Below, piece by piece: positions 30,100 through 39,523 of a stretch of DNA of 64,000 nucleotides. A program made the translations under genes and the position numbers. The stretch is from positions 1-64,000 of the IMG/VR virus record IMGVR_UViG_3300033442_000004. One strand, given 5' to 3'. Origin of the DNA: a virus. The notes under the pieces were generated by a model. It had not been told where the DNA came from and made no database searches. It saw only the letters and a program-made list of their open reading frames with translations. Each line of letters starts with the position of its first letter. The first letter of the stretch is position 1.

Positions 30100-31704
30100 T
30101 TAGCGGGTTGGATCGTAGTCATACCGAGCGGCCGGCTCAGGGAGGCCCCGGAGCATCTGGTCGCGCAGTTGTCGGTCGACGAGATCGCCCATGTAGCGGG
30201 CCATCTCTTGTTGCTGGCGTGGATCGAGTTGGGGCGCAGCCACGAACGGGTCGTCGATGATCACCTGGTCAGCACGCCGACCGGTGACGCGAGTTTCGAC
30301 CGTGTTGGTGACGGCGTTATACTCGCGCTCAAAGCGGCTCTTGCTCAGGTACCGCATGTCGCGGTGCCACGGCTTTTCACCGATGAGATCACCGATGGTG
30401 ACGGTGCCCCAGCGCTCCTCCTCGATCGCCTTGATCTTCTTCGCCGGCAGCTCCTTGCCGTCAGCATCGAAGCGCCACTCCACGCTGTTGTGGACACGAC
30501 GGTCGCCCTTCTGAACCATCTCGGTCTTGGGATGGTTCTTCTTGGTGACGGCGCAGTGCTCGCCGTGCTCGGCGAAGTAGTCGTGGCCCCAGTAAACGCC
30601 TGGAGTGGCCATGGAGACCTTGAACTCGTTGGCGTAGAGCTTGCCAGAGCCACGGCAGGTGAAGGCGTAGGACTGATACGCCTGGCTGGACCATTCCTGC
30701 TCAACACCGTGGATGTGCTTGAAGGTGTGCGCCGGCTGACCGCTGCGCATCTTCGGGCAATACTGGTAGAGCAGGGAGCGACCGGCGCTGCCGCCACAGC
30801 TGATGTACTTCGTGCCGAGCGGCAGGCTTGCCAGCGTGCCGTTGTAGGTCTCGAAATAGTCGCCGTTCATGATGACCATCTCGATGTCGTCGAAGTACGG
30901 CATTACGTATTCCCAGCGCCGTTCGGGATGCTCGATCTTGAGCAGCTTCGCGCCGTCCGGGAAACGGATGTTGTCGCCGTGGTAGTAGGTGTAGCCCTCA
31001 GCCTTCATCGCAGCGATCATGCGCTGGATGTCGCCATAGCAGCGGCCGAAGATCTTCTTCTCGGGCCAGCACAGGCAACGCGACTGGATGCGGCCCTCAG
31101 CGTTCTTGGTGTAGGCCACAGCCAGGTCGCCGGCCCCGTAGGGCTCGGTCGGCCAGTGCGGGTCCATCCCTTCGAACGTGTGCTTGCCGTCCATGCACGA
31201 GCCGGGACCTTCCTTGTAGATGCGGACGATCTCTTCCGGGCTGAACGCAAAGAAGATCTCGCCGTTGGGATCGATGGCAGCGATCAGCTTCCGGCGGTGA
31301 GCGTCGGGGATCCTGTCGTCGGTCTCATAGAACCGGGTGATGTACCGACCCGGGTTGAGCGAGGTCGTGCGGTCGATCGTGCCGTGCTCGTCGCTCTCGG
31401 TGAACGCGATCTTCGACGGATCGCGCGGGCAGAGGTGAGCGAAGTGATCCTTGATCGGCTCAAGGTCCCACGCCTCAGGCAGCGCCTTCAAAGCGCCGCT
31501 CGCGAGCCGCTCCTGCTGCCGGCCACGCCAGTCCGGAGCCTGGGCCATGCGCCGCGGCTGCACCTTGTAGCCGCGCTCCTCGGTAAGGGTCTTCGCGGCC
31601 TTCGCTGCCTCGCTGCCCTTGTCGTAGGGGCCATAGTCCGGGATCGGCACATCTTTCATGGCGCCGGCCCCGTCCGGTTCTAACCGGACCAGGTAGAACG
31701 ACAT
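30100..31704 (-). CDS. Large hypothetical phage protein
   Basis: 534 aa; GPGSCM, RCLCW, MPYFD motifs; RBS GGAGG. Confidence 0.75.
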   Translation of the reverse strand: MSFYLVRLEPDGAGAMKDVPIPDYGPYDKGSEAAKAAKTLTEERGYKVQPRRMAQAPDWRGRQQERLASGALKALPEAWDLEPIKDHFAHLCPRDPSKIAFTESDEHGTIDRTTSLNPGRYITRFYETDDRIPDAHRRKLIAAIDPNGEIFFAFSPEEIVRIYKEGPGSCMDGKHTFEGMDPHWPTEPYGAGDLAVAYTKNAEGRIQSRCLCWPEKKIFGRCYGDIQRMIAAMKAEGYTYYHGDNIRFPDGAKLLKIEHPERRWEYVMPYFDDIEMVIMNGDYFETYNGTLASLPLGTKYISCGGSAGRSLLYQYCPKMRSGQPAHTFKHIHGVEQEWSSQAYQSYAFTCRGSGKLYANEFKVSMATPGVYWGHDYFAEHGEHCAVTKKNHPKTEMVQKGDRRVHNSVEWRFDADGKELPAKKIKAIEEERWGTVTIGDLIGEKPWHRDMRYLSKSRFEREYNAVTNTVETRVTGRRADQVIIDDPFVAAPQLDPRQQQEMARYMGDLVDRQLRDQMLRGLPEPAARYDYDPTR

Positions 31705-31874
31705 TGCAGTCCTCCATTTGCTGTTATTTGCATTCAAGCTATCGTGCAGGCGCACGTATCCCATTGGTGGAGCAGGGAAAACCTTTGAAATTTGAGGTTT
31801 GCCCGGCTGCCGTTCTTAGCGTGAAGTTGCATTCATGCGCACGGAAGCGCAAGAGTTATTTACAAACAACCGCT

Positions 31875-31949
31875 CTAACGCGGTCTATCTCGTGGATTGT
31901 AGAAGCGAACCCGCCGCACGGGCCCGGCCTTCATCGGCTTGTTGACCAT
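31875..31949 (-). CDS. Micro-peptide 3: MVNKPMKAGPVRRVRFYNPRDRPR
   Basis: Hand-translated; shares the RxxRxxxxRDRP motif with two adjacent micro-ORFs. Confidence 0.55.
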   Translation of the reverse strand: MVNKPMKAGPVRRVRFYNPRDRPR

Positions 31950-31958
31950 GGCTCCATC

Positions 31959-32033
31959 TCACTGGTGTTGAAGATTGAGGTGGAAGCTAAGGGATGGTCT
32001 GTCCCTTGCGTAGTAATACCGGATCTTTCGCAT
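31959..32033 (-). CDS. Micro-peptide 2: MRKIRYYYARDRPSLSFHLNLQHQ
   Basis: Hand-translated; GGAG RBS; shared motif. Confidence 0.6.
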   Translation of the reverse strand: MRKIRYYYARDRPSLSFHLNLQHQ

Positions 32034-32048
32034 TCTCACGTCTCCGTC

Positions 32049-32147
32049 TCATGGAGTGGGTGGTACGAGAAGATGCAGGGTTGGTCTGTCCCGAGAGGTG
32101 AACAGGCGGAACCTCCTGATGGTCCCGCAGAAGTTTAGTGTGAGCAT
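32049..32147 (-). CDS. Micro-peptide 1: MLTLNFCGTIRRFRLFTSRDRPTLHLLVPPTP
   Basis: Hand-translated; AGAGGAG RBS 5 nt upstream; shared motif. Confidence 0.6.
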   Translation of the reverse strand: MLTLNFCGTIRRFRLFTSRDRPTLHLLVPPTP

Positions 32148-32675
32148 TTGCGCTCCTCTTTTTTGTTTGACGCGCTCTCGGTGTGAGTCGTCTGTTAGTC
32201 AAGTTCCCTGCCTACAAGTTATGCTAGTCGTAGAAGTGACGTCGAAGCCCAACCGAGCACTTCGAAGTCGGCGGTTGGTGGGGACCTCATCAAGCATCCC
32301 CAGTTAGACCCGATCAGTTTTCCTCGACGACGTAGTCGATGAGGAATGACTCGAGTCCATCCTTGTGCGCCGCGTCGCATGCCTCATGGATGCTGAGGTA
32401 TGCGCCGTGCCAGCGTTTGCCGGGCCATTTGGCGCGAAGCGTGTTGCCGTTCAGCCTGGCGTAGAGCACAGGCTTGCCGGCTTGTTCGTCAGAGACCTCG
32501 GACACGATCGATCCCCTCGAACGCGCGGGCCTGCTCGCGGAGGCCGGCGATTGTGATCGCGGCGTCCACACGGTCGTCCTCGATCATCGCAAGCGTTGCC
32601 TCGCGGCGCCGACGCTCCAGGTCAGCCCACGATCCACGGTAAGGCGTGATCGGTCCCTTGGTTGAAAGTCCCATG

Positions 32676-33407
32676 TTATTCGTCCTTCCAGTCGATGGTG
32701 AAGGTCCCCTCGGGACCTGGTATGAGCGCAGCGTCGAAGAAATCGATCGCCTTGCGGATTGCGGTCATGTTCGGCTTGCTGCCGCGCTGTGCTCGGAGCG
32801 CGGCGCAGCTGGTGAAGTAAAGCCCTGTACCCAGCTCGGCATCGAGAGCGCGAACCGAGATGCCGTCCTCCCTGGCTCGCTTGCGGATGGCGTCAGCAAG
32901 CGGCTCGCCGAGGATCTTCAGCGGCAGCTCATGCGAATTGAACAGGGTGACGCCCAGCTCCTGGGCGCGCTTGGTGATGTCCCACTTCGTGCGGTGCGGC
33001 AGAATGTGGGAGATGCCCGTAGCGCCCTTGGTAGCAGCGGCACGCCTGATCTCCTCGTCCTCGCCGCGGGTGAACGGCGGCCGGCGGTAGGTGAAGCCGG
33101 TAGAGCTGCGCTTGCCCGAGACCGATTGCCTCGACCGGCCCGGCAGCAGCGCGTGCAGATCGTGCAATCGCAAATGTCGATTGCGCCTGATGATGTCGAT
33201 CTCGGCATTGGTGTACTGCTTGCCGCATCTGACAAAGAAGCCGTCACCGGACCTCTCGGCACCAGAACTTTTCGAGGCACGACGGACACTCGATGACCTC
33301 GCTGGATTTGTCGCCTTCTTCGTGGAAGTCGTAGTCGCAAAAGGGACAATCGAAGTGGGTTCTGATGTACCCAAGGACATGCTCGGAGCAGCTATCACGG
33401 AGGTCAC
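32676..33407 (-). CDS. Putative DNA-binding protein (Myb/HTH-like repeats)
   Basis: YTNAEIDIIR...LPGRSRQSV and FTRGEDEEIR...LPHRTKWDI repeats, plus an Xre-like C-terminal helix pair; start uncertain. Confidence 0.6.
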   Translation of the reverse strand: MTSVIAAPSMSLGTSEPTSIVPFATTTSTKKATNPARSSSVRRASKSSGAERSGDGFFVRCGKQYTNAEIDIIRRNRHLRLHDLHALLPGRSRQSVSGKRSSTGFTYRRPPFTRGEDEEIRRAAATKGATGISHILPHRTKWDITKRAQELGVTLFNSHELPLKILGEPLADAIRKRAREDGISVRALDAELGTGLYFTSCAALRAQRGSKPNMTAIRKAIDFFDAALIPGPEGTFTIDWKDE

Positions 33408-33662
33408 TCATGTGCGGGCAAACCGCTTGTTGATGTCGACGAAACGCCGCTCTTGCCGGCGCTGCCGTCCTCGATCTGATTTCGAGAACGGCTCGTGGTG
33501 TCGCTTCCAGGTGCTGGTTTCGAGCAGGAAGCGGAAGGCGGCGCCGATGGCGCGCTGCTCAGGATCTCCCTTGCAGCACGGGTGACGCATTCGGCGGTAC
33601 TGTTGAAGCATTGGAGCGCTCCCTCTGCAGTCGGCAGGCGAGATAGGGGCCAGTGCTGCCGG

Positions 33663-33854
33663 TCATCTCGCGCAGCTCCAGCGGTTCGGGCAGCCGATCT
33701 CCCAGTTGCCGCACTGCTCGCACGTCCCACCGCGACCGCAGCTGTAAGTGCTGGTCACCTGTGTGCAGACGAGGCGAGGCAAGGGGAGATTGCTGTTGCC
33801 TTCGTCGCAGCCGGCGAGCAGCAACGCGGCGATAAGGATGATGGATCGCTTCAT
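33663..33854 (-). CDS. Small Cys-rich lipoprotein-like protein
   Basis: MKRSIILIAALLLAGC lipobox. Confidence 0.55.
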   Translation of the reverse strand: MKRSIILIAALLLAGCDEGNSNLPLPRLVCTQVTSTYSCGRGGTCEQCGNWEIGCPNRWSCAR

Positions 33855-34228
33855 GCGGCGAACCCCAGCTCGTGGCGATAGCGCTGAGGCTTCGGCGCCT
33901 CGTACCAGAAGGCGATGCGCGGCGGCTCTTCGTAGACCGCGATGACGGTCGGCGCCCGACCCATCTTCTTGGTGTACCAGCTGGCCGATTTGCGGAGTGT
34001 CCGGCCGCTCTCGCGGGCAGTGTCGATCAGCAGCAGCTCGAACTTGTCCGGGACATTGGCGCCGAACGGGATGAACGGGATGCCGAGGATGTGGGAGGCG
34101 TAAACCGCGGCGACAGCGCCGGATCGGCCGGGGCCGGTGACGCAGCCGACATGCTCAACCCGCTGGTTGAAGAGGACGGTTCTGATGCGCTGAGCGAACT
34201 CGGCTTCGGAGACGATGCGGATGGTCAT
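33851..34228 (-). CDS. Phosphoribosyltransferase-like protein
   Basis: TGPGRSGAVAA and LLLIDTARESGRTL (degenerate PRPP loop). Confidence 0.6.
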   Translation of the reverse strand: MTIRIVSEAEFAQRIRTVLFNQRVEHVGCVTGPGRSGAVAAVYASHILGIPFIPFGANVPDKFELLLIDTARESGRTLRKSASWYTKKMGRAPTVIAVYEEPPRIAFWYEAPKPQRYRHELGFAA

Positions 34229-34509
34229 GCCACGGCTTTCTTGTTGATGGTGTCGATGATGCAGCGGTGTTCCAGGGGATTGTGATCAGCCAGGAACTGC
34301 AGCGCTTTCTGGTGGTACTCGCTGCCGGCGTTGGCGTAGTCGACGACGAGGCGCCACGCTTCCAGGTCATCCCGGAGGCGGTCGCACTCATCGAGCTTCT
34401 GCAATTGCCAGGGACCGTTCTCGCTGCCGTCGCAGTCGAAGATGCCCCAGCCCTGGTCGAAGGCGATGTTGTTGTCGAAGGAAACTCTGTCCGGCATGTC
34501 GATCTCCAA
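34225..34509 (-). CDS. Hypothetical phage protein
   Basis: 94-aa ORF. Confidence 0.55.
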   Translation of the reverse strand: MEIDMPDRVSFDNNIAFDQGWGIFDCDGSENGPWQLQKLDECDRLRDDLEAWRLVVDYANAGSEYHQKALQFLADHNPLEHRCIIDTINKKAVA

Positions 34510-34555
34510 GGGGGAAGGGTGCCCGCCCTCCGAAGAGGACGGGCAGTGGTTGGGA

Positions 34556-35602
34556 TCAGCGGATGTTCTTGTTCAGAGCCCAGTACGGGTTGGTCCCGTC
34601 CTGCGGCTTGACGAACAGCGTCTGGTAGGCGTGATCGCGGGTCTTGATGACCTCGACCTGGCGGGTGCCGAAGCGCTGGCGATAGGCCGACACGGTCTGG
34701 CCCGGGGCGATCAGGCGTCCGTTCACCCACTTCGCATCCGGATGCGGCGGAGCAGCCTCGACGACCTCGGCCACGTCCTCGTCGCCGGCCTCGTCGTGCT
34801 CTTCCTCCTCGTTGAAGTCCGAACCGTCGCCCTCGACGACAGCCGCTTCGACGATGGCGCTGGCCGAGACGCGCGGCGGGATGACGATCGGGAAGATGCC
34901 GAACACATCGCCGTGGTGGTATTCGCGGTTGGCCGCCAGCTCGCTGTCGTAGAGCGTCTCGTCGACGGTGAGGGTCCGCTCGTCGTCGATGAAGAGACGG
35001 ACGAACTTGGTCTGCGGATCGGTCGAGATGTTCTCGAACACCCAGTCGCCGCGGATGTCATCGCCGTCCAGGTCGAACTGGAGGACGAGGCGCTCACCCT
35101 CGTTGTCGTGGTAGCCGGCGATCACGACCGGATGCGTGGCGTCGGCCAGCACCGAGAGGATCACGACCTCCGTGAGGAAGTCCTGATTGTCGTCGGTCCG
35201 GTAGATCTCGAACGGCTTGTTGAAGTCGACCTTGCCGACCGGATACTTCGGCAGCGAGGGCGGAGCTTCCGGCGCCGGCAGCGCTTCGACAACCGGCTCT
35301 TCGGCCGTGATGGCGGCGAATGCCTGTTCGGTCGTCACGTCCGCAGCGAAGACTTCGGAGGTCTCGGCGACCGGCTGCGAACCGATAGCGGCGGCGAGCA
35401 GGGCGCCGTTGTCGATCTCGCTGGTCAGGCCAGACGCTTCGGTGCCGGCAGCCTGGTCAGCCTGCATGTCGGCGCGGTTCAGGTAGCCGGACATGCTGAC
35501 GACGGACGCCGTCTCGGTCGGAGCGGGCAACAGGTTGGTCGGCTGCTGCTCGTTCGCGAGGACGACGCCGTAGGTGGACGTTTGGCCCATGGTGGGGTCC
35601 AT
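34556..35602 (-). CDS. Hypothetical acidic phage protein
   Basis: 348-aa ORF with AAGGAG RBS. Confidence 0.65.
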   Translation of the reverse strand: MDPTMGQTSTYGVVLANEQQPTNLLPAPTETASVVSMSGYLNRADMQADQAAGTEASGLTSEIDNGALLAAAIGSQPVAETSEVFAADVTTEQAFAAITAEEPVVEALPAPEAPPSLPKYPVGKVDFNKPFEIYRTDDNQDFLTEVVILSVLADATHPVVIAGYHDNEGERLVLQFDLDGDDIRGDWVFENISTDPQTKFVRLFIDDERTLTVDETLYDSELAANREYHHGDVFGIFPIVIPPRVSASAIVEAAVVEGDGSDFNEEEEHDEAGDEDVAEVVEAAPPHPDAKWVNGRLIAPGQTVSAYRQRFGTRQVEVIKTRDHAYQTLFVKPQDGTNPYWALNKNIR

Positions 35603-35770
35603 TTGCAGTTCTCCTTTGGTGGTTGCGGCCGACTGGTTGAGGTCACCCCGTCAGTGACGGCGGCCCGCGCTTGGATTGACGGGGTGTTTCGCTGCGCGCC
35701 TATAGACCGACGTTTGCATTCATCGCAAGTGCAAATTTGCATTGAAGCAAACGATTAGGTATAGGGAGGC

Positions 35771-36223
35771 ATGCAGAAAACTGAATTGGTCTATGGGTTA
35801 CCTTGGCTCCAAACGAAGCCGGAACGCGCTATCTTCGATGAACTTCGGTTCGCGTGCGTCTATGCAGCCGGCCCCCTCGGGGGGCGGCCGCTACGGCTCG
35901 GCGCCTCGACCAACCTCAAGAAGCGGATTGAGTGCCTGCAGCCCGGCAACTGGGAGCCGCTGAAGATCCATCATGCGATCTGGACCACGAACGAGGCGTT
36001 CGCCGTCAGGATCTTCAACGATGCCGCCGCACTGTTCGACAAGGCCAACCGACGCCTGGTCGGCGACTGGTTCGACGTGACGCCGGAGTTCGCCGTCCAG
36101 GCTATCCGCCTGGCTGGTGAGAAGGCGAACATCCCGATGCTCTCCCACGATGGCCTGCTGGAAAAGGTCAGAGCCATCCGGGAGGGGCGTCTGAACAACG
36201 GCATCGTCGTCAGCAAGCGATAG
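35771..36223 (+). CDS. GIY-YIG/T5orf172-like protein
   Basis: VYAAG..LRLGASTNLKKRIECLQPGNWEPL...GDWF. Confidence 0.65.
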   Translation: MQKTELVYGLPWLQTKPERAIFDELRFACVYAAGPLGGRPLRLGASTNLKKRIECLQPGNWEPLKIHHAIWTTNEAFAVRIFNDAAALFDKANRRLVGDWFDVTPEFAVQAIRLAGEKANIPMLSHDGLLEKVRAIREGRLNNGIVVSKR

Positions 36224-36494
36224 GGTAGGCAGGTCGTCGCTGTTCGCTACAAACACAGAGCGTTTCCCTTTTCCGTCCGCCTTGCCATCCGCTACGATGG
36301 CCCAATCGGACCTGCCCTGCGGGACTCGAACCCGCCTAACTCAATTCGGCTCGATGTGATGCGCTTGATCACGCGTCCGTCGTTGATCCAGCGGTTGATG
36401 TCGTCCCCCAGGTTGACGCTGTCGGAGTATTCGGGAATTATCACCTTGACTGAACAGTCTGGAAACGGGATATTGGCCTCAAGGAGATTGGCCA

Positions 36495-37430
36495 ATGCCC
36501 GCGACGGTTGGTCTGACAAACCCGATTTTCACGGACCTCGAAGCGGCCCGGCAGCACTTTGAAGCCATTCGCTGGCCTGAGGGTACCTATTGCCCGTTTT
36601 GCGGCTCGTTTGATCGCGTTGCGGCGCTTGGTGGCAAGTCGATGGGGCCGGGCTGGTATCACTGCAAAGACTGCCGCAAGAAATTCACTGCGGCTGTCGG
36701 CACGATCTATGAGCGCTCGCATATTCCAATGACGAAATGGCTTCTGGCGACGCACCTGATGTGCGCGAGCAAGAAGGGCATGAGCGCGCATCAGCTTCAT
36801 CGCATGATCGATCTTCCCTATAAGACGGCGTGGTTCATGGCACGCCGCATTCGCGAAGGCATGCGCGACCTAAGTCCCGCCCCGACGCCAATGGGCGGCG
36901 CTGGCGAGACGGTTGAGGCCGACGAAACGTATATCGGCGGCAAGGAGAAGAATAAGCACCGCAGCAAGCGCAATGGCGCGAATATCGGCGGCATGGGCAA
37001 AGAGATTGCGTTCGCGCTCGTTGAGCGCGGTGGACGCGTTCGCACGGAGCATGTTGCGAATGTGACTGCTAAGACGCTGCGCGATACGCTGGTAACGCAG
37101 CTCCATGCCGACACTAAGTTGATGACGGACGACGCCGGGCAATATCGCCACATGCACAAGGATTTTGCGCATGAGGTTGTCAATCACGGCATTGGCGAAT
37201 ACATGCGCGGCGAAGCGCATACGAACACGGTCGAAGGTTACTTCTCGATCCTGAAACGCGGCATCACTGGCACCTACCATCACGTCAGCGCGCAGCGCTT
37301 GAAGCGTTATCTTGCCGAATTTGACTTCCGCTACAATGAGCGGTCTGGCCTTAGCGTGACTGGCGCGGAACGCGCAACCAAGGCGGTCAGGGGTGTTGTT
37401 GGAAAGCGGGTGACGTATTTACCGATCTAG
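36495..37430 (+). CDS. IS1595-family (ISXO2-like) DDE transposase
   Basis: CPFCG..CKDC zinc ribbon, VEADETYIGG, LMTDD, HTNTVEGYFSILKRG, YLAEFDFRYN. Confidence 0.95.
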   Translation: MPATVGLTNPIFTDLEAARQHFEAIRWPEGTYCPFCGSFDRVAALGGKSMGPGWYHCKDCRKKFTAAVGTIYERSHIPMTKWLLATHLMCASKKGMSAHQLHRMIDLPYKTAWFMARRIREGMRDLSPAPTPMGGAGETVEADETYIGGKEKNKHRSKRNGANIGGMGKEIAFALVERGGRVRTEHVANVTAKTLRDTLVTQLHADTKLMTDDAGQYRHMHKDFAHEVVNHGIGEYMRGEAHTNTVEGYFSILKRGITGTYHHVSAQRLKRYLAEFDFRYNERSGLSVTGAERATKAVRGVVGKRVTYLPI

Positions 37431-37634
37431 ACTAATGTCAGACAGAACGAAGTTTCGTTCTAGGTCTCACGGCGCGCGCGGCCCTTACCAGCAACGCCAC
37501 GCGGAGCAGCTTTCCTTTTCTTTTGAGGACGATCGGGAATAGGCGAGGCCTTCGGCTGCGGCGAGGTGTTCGCCATTCGGCATATTACCTCGTCGCGCCT
37601 CCGAGCAGCTTCGCCATCGCTGTATGAATCGTCG

Positions 37635-39335
37635 TCATTTGGATTTTTTGGCACTTCGATGCCTCCTATCCCACTGAGCGTTCAATTTTTTCAGAAGCAA
37701 CGGGCCGCGAGCAACTGAGTCAGCATCTGAATCCTGGCTAAGCTTCTTGTAAAACTTTGAAACGTTACGCAGAACAGATAGCAGCAATTCATCCTTGAGC
37801 TGGTCGCCCTTTGGAAGCTTGGCAGCGGGCGGCAGCTTGACGCCAGTGAACTCACGGGTTGCTATAGCAGCCACGTAAAAGAGCAAATTTTTAATATCGC
37901 TCTTCTCAACTCCTCGATTAGCCAAGAACTTTTCGACTCGTCGCACGATCCGAACGCATGCCAAGTAGGTTGGCAGCGGGATTTTTGAGTTGTCAAAGAT
38001 CGAAGTGTATCTCTTTTCGTCCTTGAAGTAATCGCCGGGACGTGCGCGTGCATCATCGGGGCGTTGCAACATTATCGATATCGTGCCCTGTGCGACGGCA
38101 TTCACGGAAATTATCGTTTTGATGGGCTGTCCCTGATCTTTGTAAAATCCCTTCCTGCGATCGTAGAAAAGCCCTTCGCCCTTGAATAGCTGCTCAATAT
38201 CTCGATGAATTTGATCCGTCATCCTCAGGGAGGCGGGCTGCATTTTATTCTGACTATTTGTGGCCTTGATAATCAAGTCCTGAGTTTTCTGGTCGGTTGT
38301 TTCGATCACCCTCACTAAAACTGTTCTGTTATCTGTTGTGCCAGATTCGATGGTGTCAAAGATGACTCGCGAGGTCTGCAACCCGTTCACAATTTGAGGA
38401 TCGGAGACTGTCAGCATTAGATGCGCCGGCGCCGCCTTTGCGGCGATGATGGTCACACCGTTGTTCAGAAGCCAAAAATTCGGCTCGTCTCCAGTATTCT
38501 TCAGTGACCCCGCCATCTCATCGTTGATGGTCGAGTCCAACACGAAACCTCGCACGTTGGATTCAAAAATACGCTCAGCCAAGACAGCCGGATCATCATC
38601 TTCGACAAGAAATGCACGGTAGTCATGCAATTTCACCAGCCCCACATAGCCTTCTTTGGTCATCATGGGCGGTTCAGCCCAATTGATGATCCTGTGGCTT
38701 AGTGGTCTCTTTTGAACCTGCTCCCATAGCTGTTTTGCGCCAACACAATGAACCTTGCAGGTCGATTTGAGTGCCTTTTCGACCCGGTGCTTTACTCGGT
38801 CGCAGGCATCTGCGGCATATGCGTCAGGTGCCGCATCGTCACCAGTTATGTAGAAAAAATCGGCGGTGACTACAGGAAACTGGCCTGACAGCTTCAGATA
38901 CTGATCGCGCCAGACGCGCATGGCGGTCTTGATCCGCTTATTGTACCTGTCTCCAAAGTTATTTGGGTCAACCGAAAGATCGAAGAAATCGTCAACGGTC
39001 TGCAGCCATTTCTCCATCTCGGTTGGTTTCATACCCCCACTGGTCTTGACTTGGAAAAAGAGCAAATGGATCGACGCGACTAGCTTCGGATCAAGTAGGG
39101 TGTTGGCGTCAACAACCTGTCGGTTATTTGCTAGGAAATAATATCCATCAACGCCGCCGTCGCCGCCACCCTCAGTAATGCCAGCCTCAAGGTCTTCGTC
39201 GTCAATGGCATACGACTTCAAATGCTGTTCAAGGCAATAGTACAGCCAAGGGTCAATATCTGGATCAAGACCAGCGGCGCGGGCTTTCCAGCCCTCAAAA
39301 TTTGCCTTAAGTACAATCGCATCGTTCAGTGCCAT
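37635..39335 (-). CDS. AIPR (abortive infection phage resistance) family protein
   Basis: GDGGVDG, IFESNVRGF, FWLLNNGVTII, QIVNGLQTS, ATNSQN motifs; lower GC than flanks. Confidence 0.88.
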   Translation of the reverse strand: MALNDAIVLKANFEGWKARAAGLDPDIDPWLYYCLEQHLKSYAIDDEDLEAGITEGGGDGGVDGYYFLANNRQVVDANTLLDPKLVASIHLLFFQVKTSGGMKPTEMEKWLQTVDDFFDLSVDPNNFGDRYNKRIKTAMRVWRDQYLKLSGQFPVVTADFFYITGDDAAPDAYAADACDRVKHRVEKALKSTCKVHCVGAKQLWEQVQKRPLSHRIINWAEPPMMTKEGYVGLVKLHDYRAFLVEDDDPAVLAERIFESNVRGFVLDSTINDEMAGSLKNTGDEPNFWLLNNGVTIIAAKAAPAHLMLTVSDPQIVNGLQTSRVIFDTIESGTTDNRTVLVRVIETTDQKTQDLIIKATNSQNKMQPASLRMTDQIHRDIEQLFKGEGLFYDRRKGFYKDQGQPIKTIISVNAVAQGTISIMLQRPDDARARPGDYFKDEKRYTSIFDNSKIPLPTYLACVRIVRRVEKFLANRGVEKSDIKNLLFYVAAIATREFTGVKLPPAAKLPKGDQLKDELLLSVLRNVSKFYKKLSQDSDADSVARGPLLLKKLNAQWDRRHRSAKKSK

Positions 39336-39523
39336 AAAGTTTCCTCCCCCGGTTGAGGGGAGTGTAATCCGTCGGTCGTGTGCAGTCAAAGTGATAACTC
39401 CCCACTGTCTCGCAGTGCCGCAGCATCCAGAGTTTATCGGTGACCCGGATCAGCTTGGTGTAGGTCGCCGAAACGACCTCCACTCGAAACTCGATCCCGG
39501 CTAAGGTGATGATGCTTCCGTGC

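Larger units (their letters stand above)
36433..39402 (+). mobile_element. IS1595-family element with passenger genes
   Basis: Terminal IRs GGGAATTATCACCTTGACTGAAC (from 36433) and, as reverse complement, GGGAGTTATCACTTTGACTGCAC (ending 39402). Confidence 0.85.

Noticed and set aside
31882-32092. GGTCTGTCCC/GGTCTATCTC as a pure DNA repeat or operator
   Set aside because: Differences between copies are synonymous in the RDRP frame and peptide similarity extends upstream without DNA identity, so it is treated as a peptide motif
36319-36335. tRNA T-arm-like hairpin GCGGGTTCGAGTCCCGC on the minus strand
   Set aside because: No acceptor, D or anticodon stems can be formed around it, so it is not a tRNA, and there is no evidence for an att site
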